The notes below the pieces were generated by a model. It was not told where the DNA came from. It saw nothing but the letters and a program-made list of their open reading frames with translations, and ran no database searches. Positions 46,301 through 57,100 of a DNA stretch of 64,000 nt are shown here, piece by piece. The translations under genes were made by a program, and so were the position numbers. The DNA lies in contig CAVWUH010000002.1 of assembly GCA_963758195.1 (NCBI GenBank), forward strand, positions 4,301,560 to 4,365,559, given 5' to 3'. Origin of the DNA: an uncultured Acidobacteriota bacterium. GTDB taxonomy: Bacteria > Acidobacteriota > Thermoanaerobaculia > Gp7-AA8. Within the stretch, counting starts at the first letter, position 1; each line of letters opens with the position of its first letter.

Positions 46301-49300
46301 CTGGCCACCAACGGCACGCTCTCGGGTACGCCGACGCAAACCGGTTCGTTCCCGATCACGGTCACGGCGACGGATTCGAACGGTTGCACCGGCACCGGCG
46401 CGACCTACACGATCATCATCGGTTGCCAGACGATCAACGTCTCAAACCCCGGCGTCACGACGGGTACCGTGAATGCCCCCTTCAGCCAGACCTTCACGCA
46501 GACAGGCGCCATCGGAACGGCGACGTTCACGACCGCCAGCACGCTGCCCGCGGGTCTGACGCTGGCGACGAATGGCACGCTTTCCGGCACGCCGACGCAG
46601 ACCGGCTCGTTCCCGATCGTCGTCACGGTCACGGATAGCAACGGCTGCACCGGCACGGGCTCGACGTACACACTCATCATCGGTTGTCAGACCATCACCG
46701 TCACCAAACCGGTGAACACGAGCGGCACGGTCTCGGCCGGGTTCAGCGAAACGTTCACGCAGACCGGAGCCTTCGGCACCGCGACCTTCACGATCGCCAG
46801 CGGTGTGTTGCCGACCGGACTGACCCTTGGAACCAACGGAACGCTCGCCGGCGTACCGACGCAAGCCGGTTCGTTCCCGATCACCGTGCTGGTGACGGAC
46901 AGCAACGGCTGCACCGGCACGAGCGCGACTTACAACCTCGTCATCGGCTGTCAGGTGATCACCGTCGGCAATCCGGCCACCACGAGCTCTCCGGCCGGAA
47001 CGCCTCTCTCCATCAACTTCACGCAGAGCGGCGCGATCGGCAGCGCGACCTTCACGACGGCCAGCACGCTGCCGACGGGTCTCTCCCTGGCGGCCAACGG
47101 CACGCTCAGCGGCACGCCGACGCAGGGCGGTTCGTTCCCGATCGTCGTCACCGTCACCGACAGCAACGGCTGCACGGGCACGAACCCGAGCTACACGTTG
47201 ACAATTACCTGCCCGGTCATCACGGTCACGAACCCCGTCGTCAACAGCGGCACGTCCGGCGTCGCGTTCAGCCAGACGTTCACGCAGACGGGCGGGCAGG
47301 GGACGATCACCTGGTCCGTCAGCGGCACACTGCCGACCGGCATCACGCTCAACCCGTCGTCGGGCGTCCTCTCCGGCACGACGACGCAGGCCGGCACCTT
47401 CCCGATCACGATCACGGCAACGGACCAGAATGGCTGCACCGGCACCGGCGCCACGTACAACCTGACGATCAACTGCCAGACCATCACCGTCACGAATCCG
47501 GGCGTCAACACCGGGACCGTCGACGCTGCCTTCAGCCAGACCTTCACCGTCACCGGCATCCTCGGCACGGTGACATGGAGCGAGACCGGCGCGCTGCCGG
47601 CCGGCATCACGCTCAACCCCTCGACGGGCGTCCTCTCCGGCACGCCGACGGTCACCGGCGCGTTCCCGATCACCGTCAAGGCGACCGACACGAACGGCTG
47701 CTTCGGCACGTCGAGCTACACGCTGACCATCAACTGCCAGACCATCACGGTCACCAGCCCGGTGACGAACACCGGCACGGTCAACGCGCCGTTCAGCCAG
47801 ACCTTCACGCAGACCGCGGCGCACGGCACGGCGACGTTTACGACTGCATCCACGCTGCCCTCGGGCATCACGCTGGCGACGAACGGAACGCTCTCGGGCA
47901 CGCCGACGCAAACCGGCTCGTTCCCGATCGTCGTCACCGTCACCGACAGCAACGGCTGCACGGGCACGGGCTCGACTTACACGCTGACGATCGGCTGTCA
48001 GACCATCACCGTCACGAAACCGGTCGTCACCACGGGCACGACCGGTGTCGCGTTCAGCCAGACGTTCACGCAGAGCGGCGCATTCGGCACGGCGACGTTC
48101 ACGACGGCGAGCACGTTGCCCACGGGCTTCACGCTGAGCGCGGCCGGTGTTCTGTCCGGCACCACGAATCAGCACGCGACCTTCCCGATCACCGTCACCG
48201 TCACGGACAGCAACGGCTGTACGGGCACGAGCACGACGTACAACCTCACGATCAATTGCCAGACGATCAGCGTGACGAACCCGGTCAACGCCAGCGGCAC
48301 CGTGAACGCCGCATTCAGCGAGCAGTTCACGCAGACCGGCGCGATCGGCGGCGCGACGTTCACTACCGCCAGCACGTTGCCGAATGGCATCACGCTCTCG
48401 GCCTCCGGTCTACTCGCCGGCACTCCCACGCAGTCCGGTTCGTTCCCGATCGTCGTCACCATCACTGACGGCAACGGCTGCACGGGCACGGGCTCGACGT
48501 ACACGCTGATCATCGGCTGCAACGTCGTCACGGTGACGAACCCGGTCAACAACCTCGGCACCGCCGGCAGCGCGTTCAGCGAGACCTTCACGCAGACGGG
48601 CGGCACGGGCACGATCACCTGGTCGGTGACCGGCACACTGCCCAGCGGCATCACGCTCAACACGTCGAGCGGAGTGCTCTCCGGCGTGACCTCGCAGGTC
48701 GGCACGTTCCCGATCACCGTCACCGCGACGGATCAAAACGGCTGCGCCGGCACGGGCACGACCTACAACCTGACGATCGGTTGCCAGACGATTTCGATCA
48801 CGAACCCCGGAACGACCAGCGTGCAGGCGGGTTCGCCGCTCACCGCCACCTTCACGGCGACCGGCATCCTCGGCACCGCGACCTGGACCGAGACCGGCAC
48901 GCTGCCGACCGGCATCACGCTCAATTCGTCGTCAGGCCTTCTCTCGGGCACGACGACGCAGCTCGGCTCGTTCCCGATCACGGTGAAGGTCACCGACACC
49001 AACGGTTGCTTCACGACCTCTTCGTACACGCTCACAGTCACCTGTCCGGTCATCACGGTCAGCCGCACCGGCGGGGGCTCGTTCCCGACCGGTACGTTCA
49101 ATACGGCGTACACCGGCCAGAGCGTTACCGCCACGGGCGGCGGCGGGAGCTACACCTTCGCGGTGACCTCCGGCGCGTTGCCGACCGGGTTGTCGCTCGC
49201 TCCGGGCGGCGCGATCAGCGGCACTCCGACGCTGACCGGCGTCTTCAACTTCACCGTCACCGCAACCGATACGGTAAGCCTCTGCACCGGCTCGCAGGCG

Positions 49301-52300
49301 TTCTCTATCTCCATCGCCCCGAAGGCGACCGACGATCTGACTCTGTATGACTCGACCAGCCACATCGTCGACAACACGCAGTTCGTGATCACTGGCGGCA
49401 CGACCACCAGCCCAACGACGCCGTTCGTCGGCTCGATCGCCAACATCCTCACGAACGACCTTCCGAGCGGCGGCGTCACGGCAACGGCCGGCACCTTCGC
49501 GACGACCGCGGGCGGCAGCGTTACCCTCGCCGCGGACGGCACCTTCATCTACACGCCGAAGGCCAATCCCGGCGCGGCGGTCACCACCAGCGACTCGTTC
49601 ACCTACACCGTCGTGAGCAATGCCGTCACCTCGGCTCCGGCCACGGTCAACCTCACGCTCGCCAATCGCGTCTGGTATGTGAAAAACAACGGCGCCGGCA
49701 CCAACGGCCAGTCGCAGTCTCCGTTCACCACGCTCGCCGCCGCGCAGGCAGCCTCGCTCGCCGGCGACATCATCTATGTCTACAACGGAGACGGCACCAC
49801 CACCGGCCATATCGCCGGCATTACGCTGAAGAACACGCAGCAGCTCATCGGTGAAGGCGTCGCGCTCGTCGTCAACACCGTCACACTCAAGGTCGCCGGC
49901 ACCAAGCCGCAGATCACCAACCTCACGGCCGCGAGCGATGCGGTCACATTGGCCGATGGCAATACGGTCAAGGGCTTGACCATCACCGGCGCCACGCGCG
50001 ACGGTATCTCTTCCGTCGTCGCGCACGCCGGCTTCACGGGTGACTCGCTGACGGTTCAGAACAACACCAACGTCGGCGTCAACCTGATCAGCATGACTGG
50101 CACGGTGACGATCACCAACTCCACGATCACGAGCGTCGGCAATCAGGCTTTGACGATCAACAACGGTACGGCGGCGGTTACCGTCGACAACACCAATACC
50201 ATCGACGGCGGAACAGGCACGGCCGTGAGCGTCATCAACCGGCCGGTCGCTGCGGGCGCCATCGCCATCGGTGCCAACCTCACCAACGGACGCATTCAGC
50301 TTCTCTCGAACCTCTCCGGGACGATCTCGTTCACCGGCACTCAGACGCTCTCCACCACAACCAACACCGCGGTCACGATGACCACGAACGCCGGTGCGAC
50401 GATCAATTTCAGCGGCACGCTCGGTATCACGACCTCGACAGGAACAGGGTTCATCGCCAGCGGTGGCGGAACGCTGAACGTCTCCGGCACCGCGAACATC
50501 ACATCCGGAGCGGCCGCGGCCGGCCTGAGCCTCAACGGCATCACCGTCGGCGGCACTGGCGTCGCCTTCACGAGCGTCAGCACCACCGGCGCCACGACCG
50601 GCATCAGCCTGACGAACATGACCGGCACGGTATCGGTCAACGGCGGCACGATCACCAACGGCACGACCGGCGTTTCGCTGCAGGGTGCCACGACGAGTCT
50701 CTCGCTGGCCGGTGTGACCATCACCGGTCCGGTCACCGGTATCACCAACACGACGAACTTCGGCACGTTGACGATCGGTGCGACCGTGAACGTCAGCGCC
50801 GCCACGGCACTCAACCTGACGACAGGAGCAATCAGCGGTACGTTCGCGGGCGTCACATCCACGGGCGGAACGAATGGCGTGAACCTCAACGCCGTCACAG
50901 GTTCGTGGGGCACGGCGGGCGGCTCCCTCAACGGCGCCAGCGGCTCGACATTCAACGTCACCGGCGGCAGCGGCGGCACGATCACCTGGGGCGCTGCAAT
51001 CGCTCAGGCCAATGCTGCGAATGTCGTGACCATTGCATCGAGCAACTCCAATACGATCAACTTCAACGCCAGCGTCACTTCGAGCGGCACGAGCACCGGC
51101 ATCTCGATCTCCGGCAGCTCGGGCACCTACAACTTCAACGGTTCGGGGAACAGCATCACCGGCAGCGGCGGCGGCGTCTCCATCGCCAACGAGTCGGGAT
51201 CGGTGACGTTCAGCTCCGGGACGAACATCAACACCACCAACACCGCCACGGCGTCGTTTAACGTCACGAACTCGACGGCGAGCATCACTTACAGCGGCAC
51301 GGTTACGCAGAACGCCAACGGCGGCAAGCTCCTGAACATCGCCACCTACGGCACCGGCACACTGACGATGAACGGTACGTCGCTCAGCGGTTCGGTCGCC
51401 GTCGGGGCCGCCGGAGTCATCTCCACGCTGAGCAACATTACCGGGACGGTGGTGATCAACAACCTCAGTCTCACCTCGAGCGACAACACCTTCAACAGCA
51501 CGCTCGTGGCGATCACCGGGGTCAACACCGGCGGCTCGATGACCTTCAATCACCTCACGCTCTCGGCCACCGGCAGCAATCACACCGGCAAGGGTCTGAC
51601 CGCCGTCGGCGGCGGAACGCTCACCATCACTGCGACGGGCGGCGCGAGCAGTATCGACGTCGGCAGTTCCGCGCTCGATCTCAACGGCCAGATCCTCGGA
51701 GCCTCGGCGATCGGTACTCTCAACTCCTTGGGTGTGGCCACCGTGAATGGTGTTCTCTTGACGAACGTCACCGGCGGCACGCTGACCATCGGCGGTGGAA
51801 CGATCACCGGCAACACCGCCGCGGCGTTCGCGGTCGTGGGCGGCTCGGTGAGCGTCACTGATTCAGGCAACATCAACCAGGCCACGGCCTCTCAGCCGCT
51901 CCTCAGCGTCACCGGCGGCCACTCGGGCACGCTGACGTTCAACACCGGCACGCTCAGCGCGACCAACGGAACCGGCCTCCTGTTCGACAACGCCGACGGC
52001 ACGTACAACTTCAACGGCACCACGACGCTGAACGGCGGCGACGCCGGCGTCGACATCCTCGCCGGCGCCGACGCGAGCAACGGGTCACAGGGCACGTTCA
52101 GCTTCAACGCGAATACCGCCGTGACCAACCCGACCGGCCGCCTCTTCGACATCGAGGGCAGCACGCCCACCTTCACCTACAGCGGCTCGTTCACCCGCTC
52201 GACCGCCGGCGCGGGCATCTTCGCCAACGGCAACAAGGGCGGCACCATCACCTTCGACGGCAACCCCGCCACCGAGACCAAGAGCCTCAGCACCACCACC

Positions 52301-53908
52301 GGCAATGCCATCGACCTGACCACCAACACCGGCGCCACGTTCAACTTCACCGGCGGCACGCTGGTGCTGGCCACGACGAGCGGCAAAGGCTTCAACGCCA
52401 CCGGTGGAGGCACGGTCTCGATCACCGGCACCAACAACACCATCGCCACGACCACCGGCACCGCGCTGACCGTCACCAGCACGAACATCAGCAGCGGCGG
52501 CATCACGCTCAAGAGCCTCAACAGCAACGGCGCCGCGAACGGCATCAACCTGAGCACCACCGGGGCCAACGGCTTCCTGACCATCACCGGCACGGGCACC
52601 AACAACTCCGGCGGCACCATCACCGGCTCGACCGCGGACGGCATCCTGCTCAACAGCACGCGCCAAATCTCGCTGACGGACATGTCGGTGTCTTCGAGCA
52701 CGCAGAGTCACATCGACGCCACGGCCGTGAACGGGCTGACGCTCACCGGCGTCGACTTCGACACGTCCGTCGACCACGGCATCCTCGGCAGCAACATCAC
52801 GACCTTCGTCGTCAGCAACTGCACCTTCAACAAGGGCGGCTTCAACCAGTCCGGCAAGCACGGCATCTTCATGACCAATCTGAAGGGCAGTTCTTCCGTG
52901 ACCGGCAGCACGTTCACGCAGTCCGGCACGATTCAGTTCTACGTCACCAACACCACCGCCACCGTCGCGCAACCGGGTGTTTCGTCGGACGTCCTGACCC
53001 TCTCCGGCAACACCTGGAACAATCACACCGGCGCCTTCGGCGGCGATCATTTCAGCCTGCTCGCCGATGCCGGTTCGAACATGAAGCTGATCGTCAACGG
53101 CACCAACGGGGAGAACAAGGTCGGCGGCCTGTTGCCCCTGGGAAGCAACGAGGGCGGCAACGCGCTGAACGTCCAGGCCACCGCCGCCGGCAAGGTCGAC
53201 TCGTCGATCACCGCCCTCGATGCCACGAACGTCACCGCCGGCGTCAACATCTCGTCCACCACCGGCGGCATCAACGTGTTCGACGTCTTCAGCAACAAGA
53301 CCGCAAACGGTACCGGCTTCGCCGCGACCGGTTCGTCAGCTCTGAACCTCGCCTGCATCAACGGCACCTGCACCGGGAAGTTCCGCGACAACTCGATCAA
53401 CCACACCGCCGGCGTCGGCGTGAACGCCATCAGCGTCGTGCAGGAAGGAACCGGCACGGCGACGGTGGAGGTGAGCAGCAACGTCGCCAGCGGCAACTTC
53501 CAACGCGGTATCTCCGGTCAGGCCCGCCTCGGTACAGGCACCCTCAACCTCACCGTCCTCAGTAACTCTCTGACCCAGACCAATGCTGGTGGGCTGCAGG
53601 TCGTGAACGTCGAGGCGGGCGGCAGCTTCCTGACGCCGACCGACCACGCCAACCACATCTGCCTCAACATGGGACTCAACAACGCCACACCGGCCGGCAG
53701 CAACGACGCGTATCGTTTGAGGAACAGGGGCGCGGCCTCGGGTTGCACGGCCTGCCAGTTCCAGTTGCAGAACTTCGCCGGCAACGGTGCCCTCAGCGGC
53801 GACGTCGCAACCTGGATCACCACCACGAAGGCGAACACCGGCACGCCGATCACCGTCTCGATTGACAATGCCTTCTCTACTTCCGGTGGATGTCCCACCC
53901 CTCCGTAA
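43376..53908 (+). CDS. Giant secreted repeat protein (~3510 aa): signal peptide, N-terminal domain, cadherin/VCBS-like unit, 19 He_PIG-type Ig-like repeats, ~1500-aa parallel beta-helix-like region, conserved C-terminal module
   Basis: Single uninterrupted 10.5-kb frame. MPSMNASRRFSLLIVAAALICPLFASA is the signal. Repeats have the form CQTITVTNP...F.QTFTQTGA.G.ATFT..S.LPAGLTL...G.LSGTP...G.FPI.VTVTD.NGCTG...Y.L.I. DUF1565-like entry RVWYVKNNGAGTNGQSQSPFTTLAAAQAASLAGDIIYV, then Gly/Thr/Asn/Ser-rich beta-helix coils. No PEP-CTERM, LPXTG or T9SS-like terminus recognised. Confidence 0.85.
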   Translation: MPSMNASRRFSLLIVAAALICPLFASAATSEVRVLIDVDNNVATGCVVGGMTGVDQVLVTQVADSPTGASVTQTHRLVCSSGVLSGPTDIVTSGWPVGWQPTSGMMLVETRIPFSALGTSTMPSEMRIGFDGTRGSAAFSALTKANGSPILLPVTVNRRRAVGFPAEPRMIILDGLDPDWGMINPLTEGTAGGGASAIKLIKAFGFPNPLDSFVYFRFDLNLSGSSILAVDDSYTRDQGQGFTLAAPGVLANDQPNTLPLTAAQVSQPNDGSVTLNPDGSFVFTPYHPNSLTSDSFQYKAVAGSEQSNVATVRIKVARVCPNIIVTRPVVTTATVGTPFSQTFTQTGAAGGATFTTSSTLPAGLTLSTTGVLSGTPTQFGTFPIVVTVTDGNDCTGHSAPYNLVVSCQTITVTNPATNTGVANAAFSQTFTQVGAIGSATFTTSSALPAGLTLATNGTLSGTPTQTGTFPITVTVTDSNGCTGTSSYTLTITCQGITVTNPANASGTANAAFSEVFTQAAAIGTATFTTASTLPAGLTLATNGTLSGTPTQTGSFPIVVTVTDSNGCTGTSATYTLIIACQTINVTNPGATTGTVSAPFSQTFTQTGAIGTATFTTASTLPAGLTLATNGTLSGTPTQTGSFPIVVTVTDSNGCTGTGATYTLVIGCQTITVTIPGTTTGTVSTPFNQQFTQTGAVGGATFTTASTLPGGLTLATNGTLSGTPTQTGSFPIVVTVTDGNGCTGTSATYTLVIGCQVITVTNPAIATGPAGTPFSQTFTQTGAFGSATFTTASTLPTGLSLSTAGVLSGTPSQGGTFPIVVTVTDANGCTGTSATYNLVITCPVITVTNPVNANGTASSPFSETFTQTGAVGGATFSIASGTLPTGLSLSAAGVLSGTPTQTGSFPITVKVTDGNGCTGTGPTYTIVIACQVITVNNPANANGTASSPFSETFTHTGGIGTTTFTLASGTLPAGLTLATNGTLSGTPTQTGSFPITVTATDSNGCTGTGATYTIIIGCQTINVSNPGVTTGTVNAPFSQTFTQTGAIGTATFTTASTLPAGLTLATNGTLSGTPTQTGSFPIVVTVTDSNGCTGTGSTYTLIIGCQTITVTKPVNTSGTVSAGFSETFTQTGAFGTATFTIASGVLPTGLTLGTNGTLAGVPTQAGSFPITVLVTDSNGCTGTSATYNLVIGCQVITVGNPATTSSPAGTPLSINFTQSGAIGSATFTTASTLPTGLSLAANGTLSGTPTQGGSFPIVVTVTDSNGCTGTNPSYTLTITCPVITVTNPVVNSGTSGVAFSQTFTQTGGQGTITWSVSGTLPTGITLNPSSGVLSGTTTQAGTFPITITATDQNGCTGTGATYNLTINCQTITVTNPGVNTGTVDAAFSQTFTVTGILGTVTWSETGALPAGITLNPSTGVLSGTPTVTGAFPITVKATDTNGCFGTSSYTLTINCQTITVTSPVTNTGTVNAPFSQTFTQTAAHGTATFTTASTLPSGITLATNGTLSGTPTQTGSFPIVVTVTDSNGCTGTGSTYTLTIGCQTITVTKPVVTTGTTGVAFSQTFTQSGAFGTATFTTASTLPTGFTLSAAGVLSGTTNQHATFPITVTVTDSNGCTGTSTTYNLTINCQTISVTNPVNASGTVNAAFSEQFTQTGAIGGATFTTASTLPNGITLSASGLLAGTPTQSGSFPIVVTITDGNGCTGTGSTYTLIIGCNVVTVTNPVNNLGTAGSAFSETFTQTGGTGTITWSVTGTLPSGITLNTSSGVLSGVTSQVGTFPITVTATDQNGCAGTGTTYNLTIGCQTISITNPGTTSVQAGSPLTATFTATGILGTATWTETGTLPTGITLNSSSGLLSGTTTQLGSFPITVKVTDTNGCFTTSSYTLTVTCPVITVSRTGGGSFPTGTFNTAYTGQSVTATGGGGSYTFAVTSGALPTGLSLAPGGAISGTPTLTGVFNFTVTATDTVSLCTGSQAFSISIAPKATDDLTLYDSTSHIVDNTQFVITGGTTTSPTTPFVGSIANILTNDLPSGGVTATAGTFATTAGGSVTLAADGTFIYTPKANPGAAVTTSDSFTYTVVSNAVTSAPATVNLTLANRVWYVKNNGAGTNGQSQSPFTTLAAAQAASLAGDIIYVYNGDGTTTGHIAGITLKNTQQLIGEGVALVVNTVTLKVAGTKPQITNLTAASDAVTLADGNTVKGLTITGATRDGISSVVAHAGFTGDSLTVQNNTNVGVNLISMTGTVTITNSTITSVGNQALTINNGTAAVTVDNTNTIDGGTGTAVSVINRPVAAGAIAIGANLTNGRIQLLSNLSGTISFTGTQTLSTTTNTAVTMTTNAGATINFSGTLGITTSTGTGFIASGGGTLNVSGTANITSGAAAAGLSLNGITVGGTGVAFTSVSTTGATTGISLTNMTGTVSVNGGTITNGTTGVSLQGATTSLSLAGVTITGPVTGITNTTNFGTLTIGATVNVSAATALNLTTGAISGTFAGVTSTGGTNGVNLNAVTGSWGTAGGSLNGASGSTFNVTGGSGGTITWGAAIAQANAANVVTIASSNSNTINFNASVTSSGTSTGISISGSSGTYNFNGSGNSITGSGGGVSIANESGSVTFSSGTNINTTNTATASFNVTNSTASITYSGTVTQNANGGKLLNIATYGTGTLTMNGTSLSGSVAVGAAGVISTLSNITGTVVINNLSLTSSDNTFNSTLVAITGVNTGGSMTFNHLTLSATGSNHTGKGLTAVGGGTLTITATGGASSIDVGSSALDLNGQILGASAIGTLNSLGVATVNGVLLTNVTGGTLTIGGGTITGNTAAAFAVVGGSVSVTDSGNINQATASQPLLSVTGGHSGTLTFNTGTLSATNGTGLLFDNADGTYNFNGTTTLNGGDAGVDILAGADASNGSQGTFSFNANTAVTNPTGRLFDIEGSTPTFTYSGSFTRSTAGAGIFANGNKGGTITFDGNPATETKSLSTTTGNAIDLTTNTGATFNFTGGTLVLATTSGKGFNATGGGTVSITGTNNTIATTTGTALTVTSTNISSGGITLKSLNSNGAANGINLSTTGANGFLTITGTGTNNSGGTITGSTADGILLNSTRQISLTDMSVSSSTQSHIDATAVNGLTLTGVDFDTSVDHGILGSNITTFVVSNCTFNKGGFNQSGKHGIFMTNLKGSSSVTGSTFTQSGTIQFYVTNTTATVAQPGVSSDVLTLSGNTWNNHTGAFGGDHFSLLADAGSNMKLIVNGTNGENKVGGLLPLGSNEGGNALNVQATAAGKVDSSITALDATNVTAGVNISSTTGGINVFDVFSNKTANGTGFAATGSSALNLACINGTCTGKFRDNSINHTAGVGVNAISVVQEGTGTATVEVSSNVASGNFQRGISGQARLGTGTLNLTVLSNSLTQTNAGGLQVVNVEAGGSFLTPTDHANHICLNMGLNNATPAGSNDAYRLRNRGAASGCTACQFQLQNFAGNGALSGDVATWITTTKANTGTPITVSIDNAFSTSGGCPTPP
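44333..49321 (+). repeat. 19 tandem ~263-nt (about 88-codon) coding repeats (Ig-like units) within the giant gene
   Basis: I counted nineteen units, each starting C(Q/P/N)x(I/V)(T/N/S/I)(V/I) and containing NGC(T/A/F)(G/T) or an equivalent. Many adjacent units share long identical nucleotide runs. Confidence 0.85.
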
Positions 53909-53932
53909 TTTCCTACAGATGCCATTCACGAA

Positions 53933-53959
53933 AGGACGGCCCTCGGGCCGTCCTTTTTT
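53933..53959 (+). terminator. Intrinsic terminator
   Basis: aggacggccc tcg ggccgtcct tttttt, 25 nt after the stop codon. Confidence 0.75.
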
Positions 53960-54145
53960 ACGTGTAGCGGCTTGATATCTGTTGCGCTCCGCCGTAAGTG
54001 ACGCTAAATTGTCTGCATCTCAGAGAGAGTGAGTCTTACGTCCTGAACAGCGGTCCGCCTTGTGGGACGGACAGCTGGTTTTATTCGCAGTCATCGTCGG
54101 TCCAAGCAAAAATTGCGATTCGTCAGTTCCGCGGAGGGCTTCTGT

Positions 54146-57100
54146 ATGCGATCCCTGTCGGTCAGGCTGCTGCTTTCGATTTTGACCTTGTGCGTCACGC
54201 CTGCGGTTCTGGCGCATGACATCACCCTGAGCGGGACGCAATCGTTCGCGTCGCTCGATGGCTCGTCGAGCGATCACGACGGCGTCGTCAACGGCGTCTT
54301 CACCGTGAGCGACGGCAATCTCGTCGTGAGCGGCACCGTCAACTGCAACGACGACGGCGCCTCGAGCAACAGCGCATGCGCGATGTCGTTCGCCGTGAGC
54401 GGCAACATGACGCTCAATACCGGCGCCGCGCTCTACGCGGAGAACCGCACCGGCAACGGCGTCGGCGGAAACATCACGCTGACGGTCGGCGGCAACCTCG
54501 CGCTGAACGGGACCGCCATCGTATCGTCGTCCGCGAAGAGCTCGAGCAGCTCGACCGGCGGCGCGATCACGGCCAACGTCAGCGGCGCCGTGACGATGGC
54601 CTCGGGCGCGACGATCGATTCCGGCGCCGCCAACGCGCGCGGCGGAGCGATCACCATCAGCGGCGGGAACGTCATCAGCCTCGACGGCAACATCCTTTCC
54701 GGACCGAGCCGCACTATCCTGGCCACCCGCTTGACCGGCGACATCCTCAGCGGCGGCACCGGCAATCAGATCGGCGGCCAGATCACGATCGGCTCGAGCA
54801 CCTTCGTCGAGCCCGCGATCCTCATCGGCCCCAATGCCACCATCGCCTCGCAGGGCGAGAAGGACGGCGCGGGACCGGTCACGATCAACGGCTGCGGCAT
54901 CGAAGTGCGCGGCCTCGTCGGCGCGGTCTCCCGCAAAGACTCGCCGGCGATCGTCGTCATTCGTTCCGGCAAGAACCTGCTCGTCGACGGCCGCGACCTC
55001 GGCGGTGCCGGCACGCGCATGGGTCGCGTGCGCGCCGACGCGATGGCGGACGGCGCCACCGATGACCGCGTCGATCTCTTCGCCCGCGGCTCCGCGACCG
55101 TCCTCGGCCCATCCTCTGCGGGCGGGACGCTCTTCTCCGTCAGCTCGCTCCCCGGTCCGAAGAACAAGAAAGACGCCGGCGGAACGCTCCGCGTCGTCGC
55201 TCTGGAAGGCGGCGCGAGCGCCAGCGGCCGCGCATTCGTCGCCGGCGCCGACGGAAAGGGGACACGCGGCGGCACGATTTCGATCGCCGCGGCGGCCGAC
55301 GTCAACCTCGACAATGCCACGCTGGCGGCCCTCGGCGACTACACCAAACCGAAGAAGGATAGCGCCGGCGGGCACATCATCGCGCGCTCATACAACGGCA
55401 GCGTTTACTGGCGCAACGGCGTCGGCGACGTGCGTCCGGTCGGCTCGTCCTCCGGCGTCGATCCTGCCGACCAGGGCACGATCGTCCTCACCGCGTGCGG
55501 CACCGTCGACATCGCCGGCTCGAGCTACCCGACCACCGGCGTGGCCACGAGCATGTTCCCCGAGACACACACCGGCGTCTGCGCGCCTTCCGCTCCGACG
55601 CTTCCGGTCGGCGCGCCGCCGCTCGTCACGTGCAACACTCCGCCGGTCGCGAATGACGCGGCCGCGACGACGAACGAAGACACTACGGTCACCATCACGC
55701 TGAGTGGCACCGACGCCGACGGCGACTCGCTCACCTTCACGATCGTCTCCGGCCCGTCGCACGGATCTCTCGGCCCCATCGTACCGACCGGTTCGACGAG
55801 TGCCACCGTCAACTACACGCCGGCGTTCAACTACAACGGTCCCGACTCGTTCGTCTATCGCGCGAACGACGGCAACGGCGGCACTGACGACGCGACGGTC
55901 ACGATCGCCGTCGCTCCGGTCAACGACCCGCCGACGTTCCTGATCGGTCCGACCGACATCGTGCTCGAGGACTCGGGCCCGCGCACCTATGCGAACTGGG
56001 TCACCTCGATCTCGCCGGGACCGAGCGACGAGTCGGCGCAGACCGTGACGTTTACCGTCACCAACAACAACAACGCACTCTTCAGCGTACAGCCCTCCGT
56101 CGCTTCGAACGGAACGCTCACGTACACGCCCGCCGCGAACGCCTACGGCAGCGCGACGATCACCGTCGTCGCCCACGACAACGGTGGCACGGCGAACGGC
56201 GGCAACGACACCTCCGCGCCGCAGACCAGCAGCATCAACGTCACGCCGGTCAATGACGAGCCGTCATTCACGAGCGGCGGCAACGTGACCGTCAACGAAG
56301 ATTCCGGCGCCTACTCCGCGGCCTGGGCCACGGGCATTTCCGCCGGGCCGAACGAAGGTTCGCAGACCGTGGCCTTTGTCACGAGCAACGACAACAACGC
56401 GCTCTTCGCCGTTCAGCCGAGCGTCTCGCCGAGCGGCGTACTGACGTTCACGCCGGCAGCCGACGCCTTCGGCACCGCGACCGTCACGGTCTATCTGCAC
56501 CGACAACGGCGGCGTCGCCAACGGTGGTGACGACACTTCGCCGTCGCAGACGTTCATCCTCGCGGTCAACTCCGTGAACGATGCCCCGTCCTTCACCAGC
56601 GGCGGCAACGTCACGGTCAATGAAGACAGCGGCGCCTACTCCGCCGCCTGGGCCACCGGCATCAGCGCCGGTCCGGCGAACGAGTCCTCGCAGACCGTTT
56701 CCTTCGTGGTCTCGAACAGCAACAACGCGCTCTTCAGCGTGCAGCCGTCGGTCTCTTCCACCGGCGTGCTGAGCTTCACACCGAACGGCAACACCGCCGG
56801 CAGCGCGACGGTGACCGTCTATGCGCAGGACAACGGCGGCATCGCCAACGGCGGCGTCGACGTCTCCGCCTCGCAGACCTTCACGATCACCGTCAGCGAA
56901 GTCAACGACGCTCCGTGCTTTACGCCGGGCGCCAATCAGTCGTCGCTCGAAGATGCCGGACCGCAGACGGTTCCGAACTGGGCTACCAGCATCAGCGCCG
57001 GCCCGGCCAACGAGTCGTCGCAGACGCTGACGTTCGTCGTCTCGAATGACAACAACACGCTCTTCTCCGCGCAGCCGTCGATCTCGCCGACGGGCACGCT

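Noticed and set aside
53960-54145. A small ORF (53998-54219) and other short ORFs in the gap between the two giant genes.
   Set aside because: There is no SD or conserved features, and it overlaps the signal-peptide-encoding start region of the second giant gene. The gap more likely holds that gene's promoter and 5' UTR.
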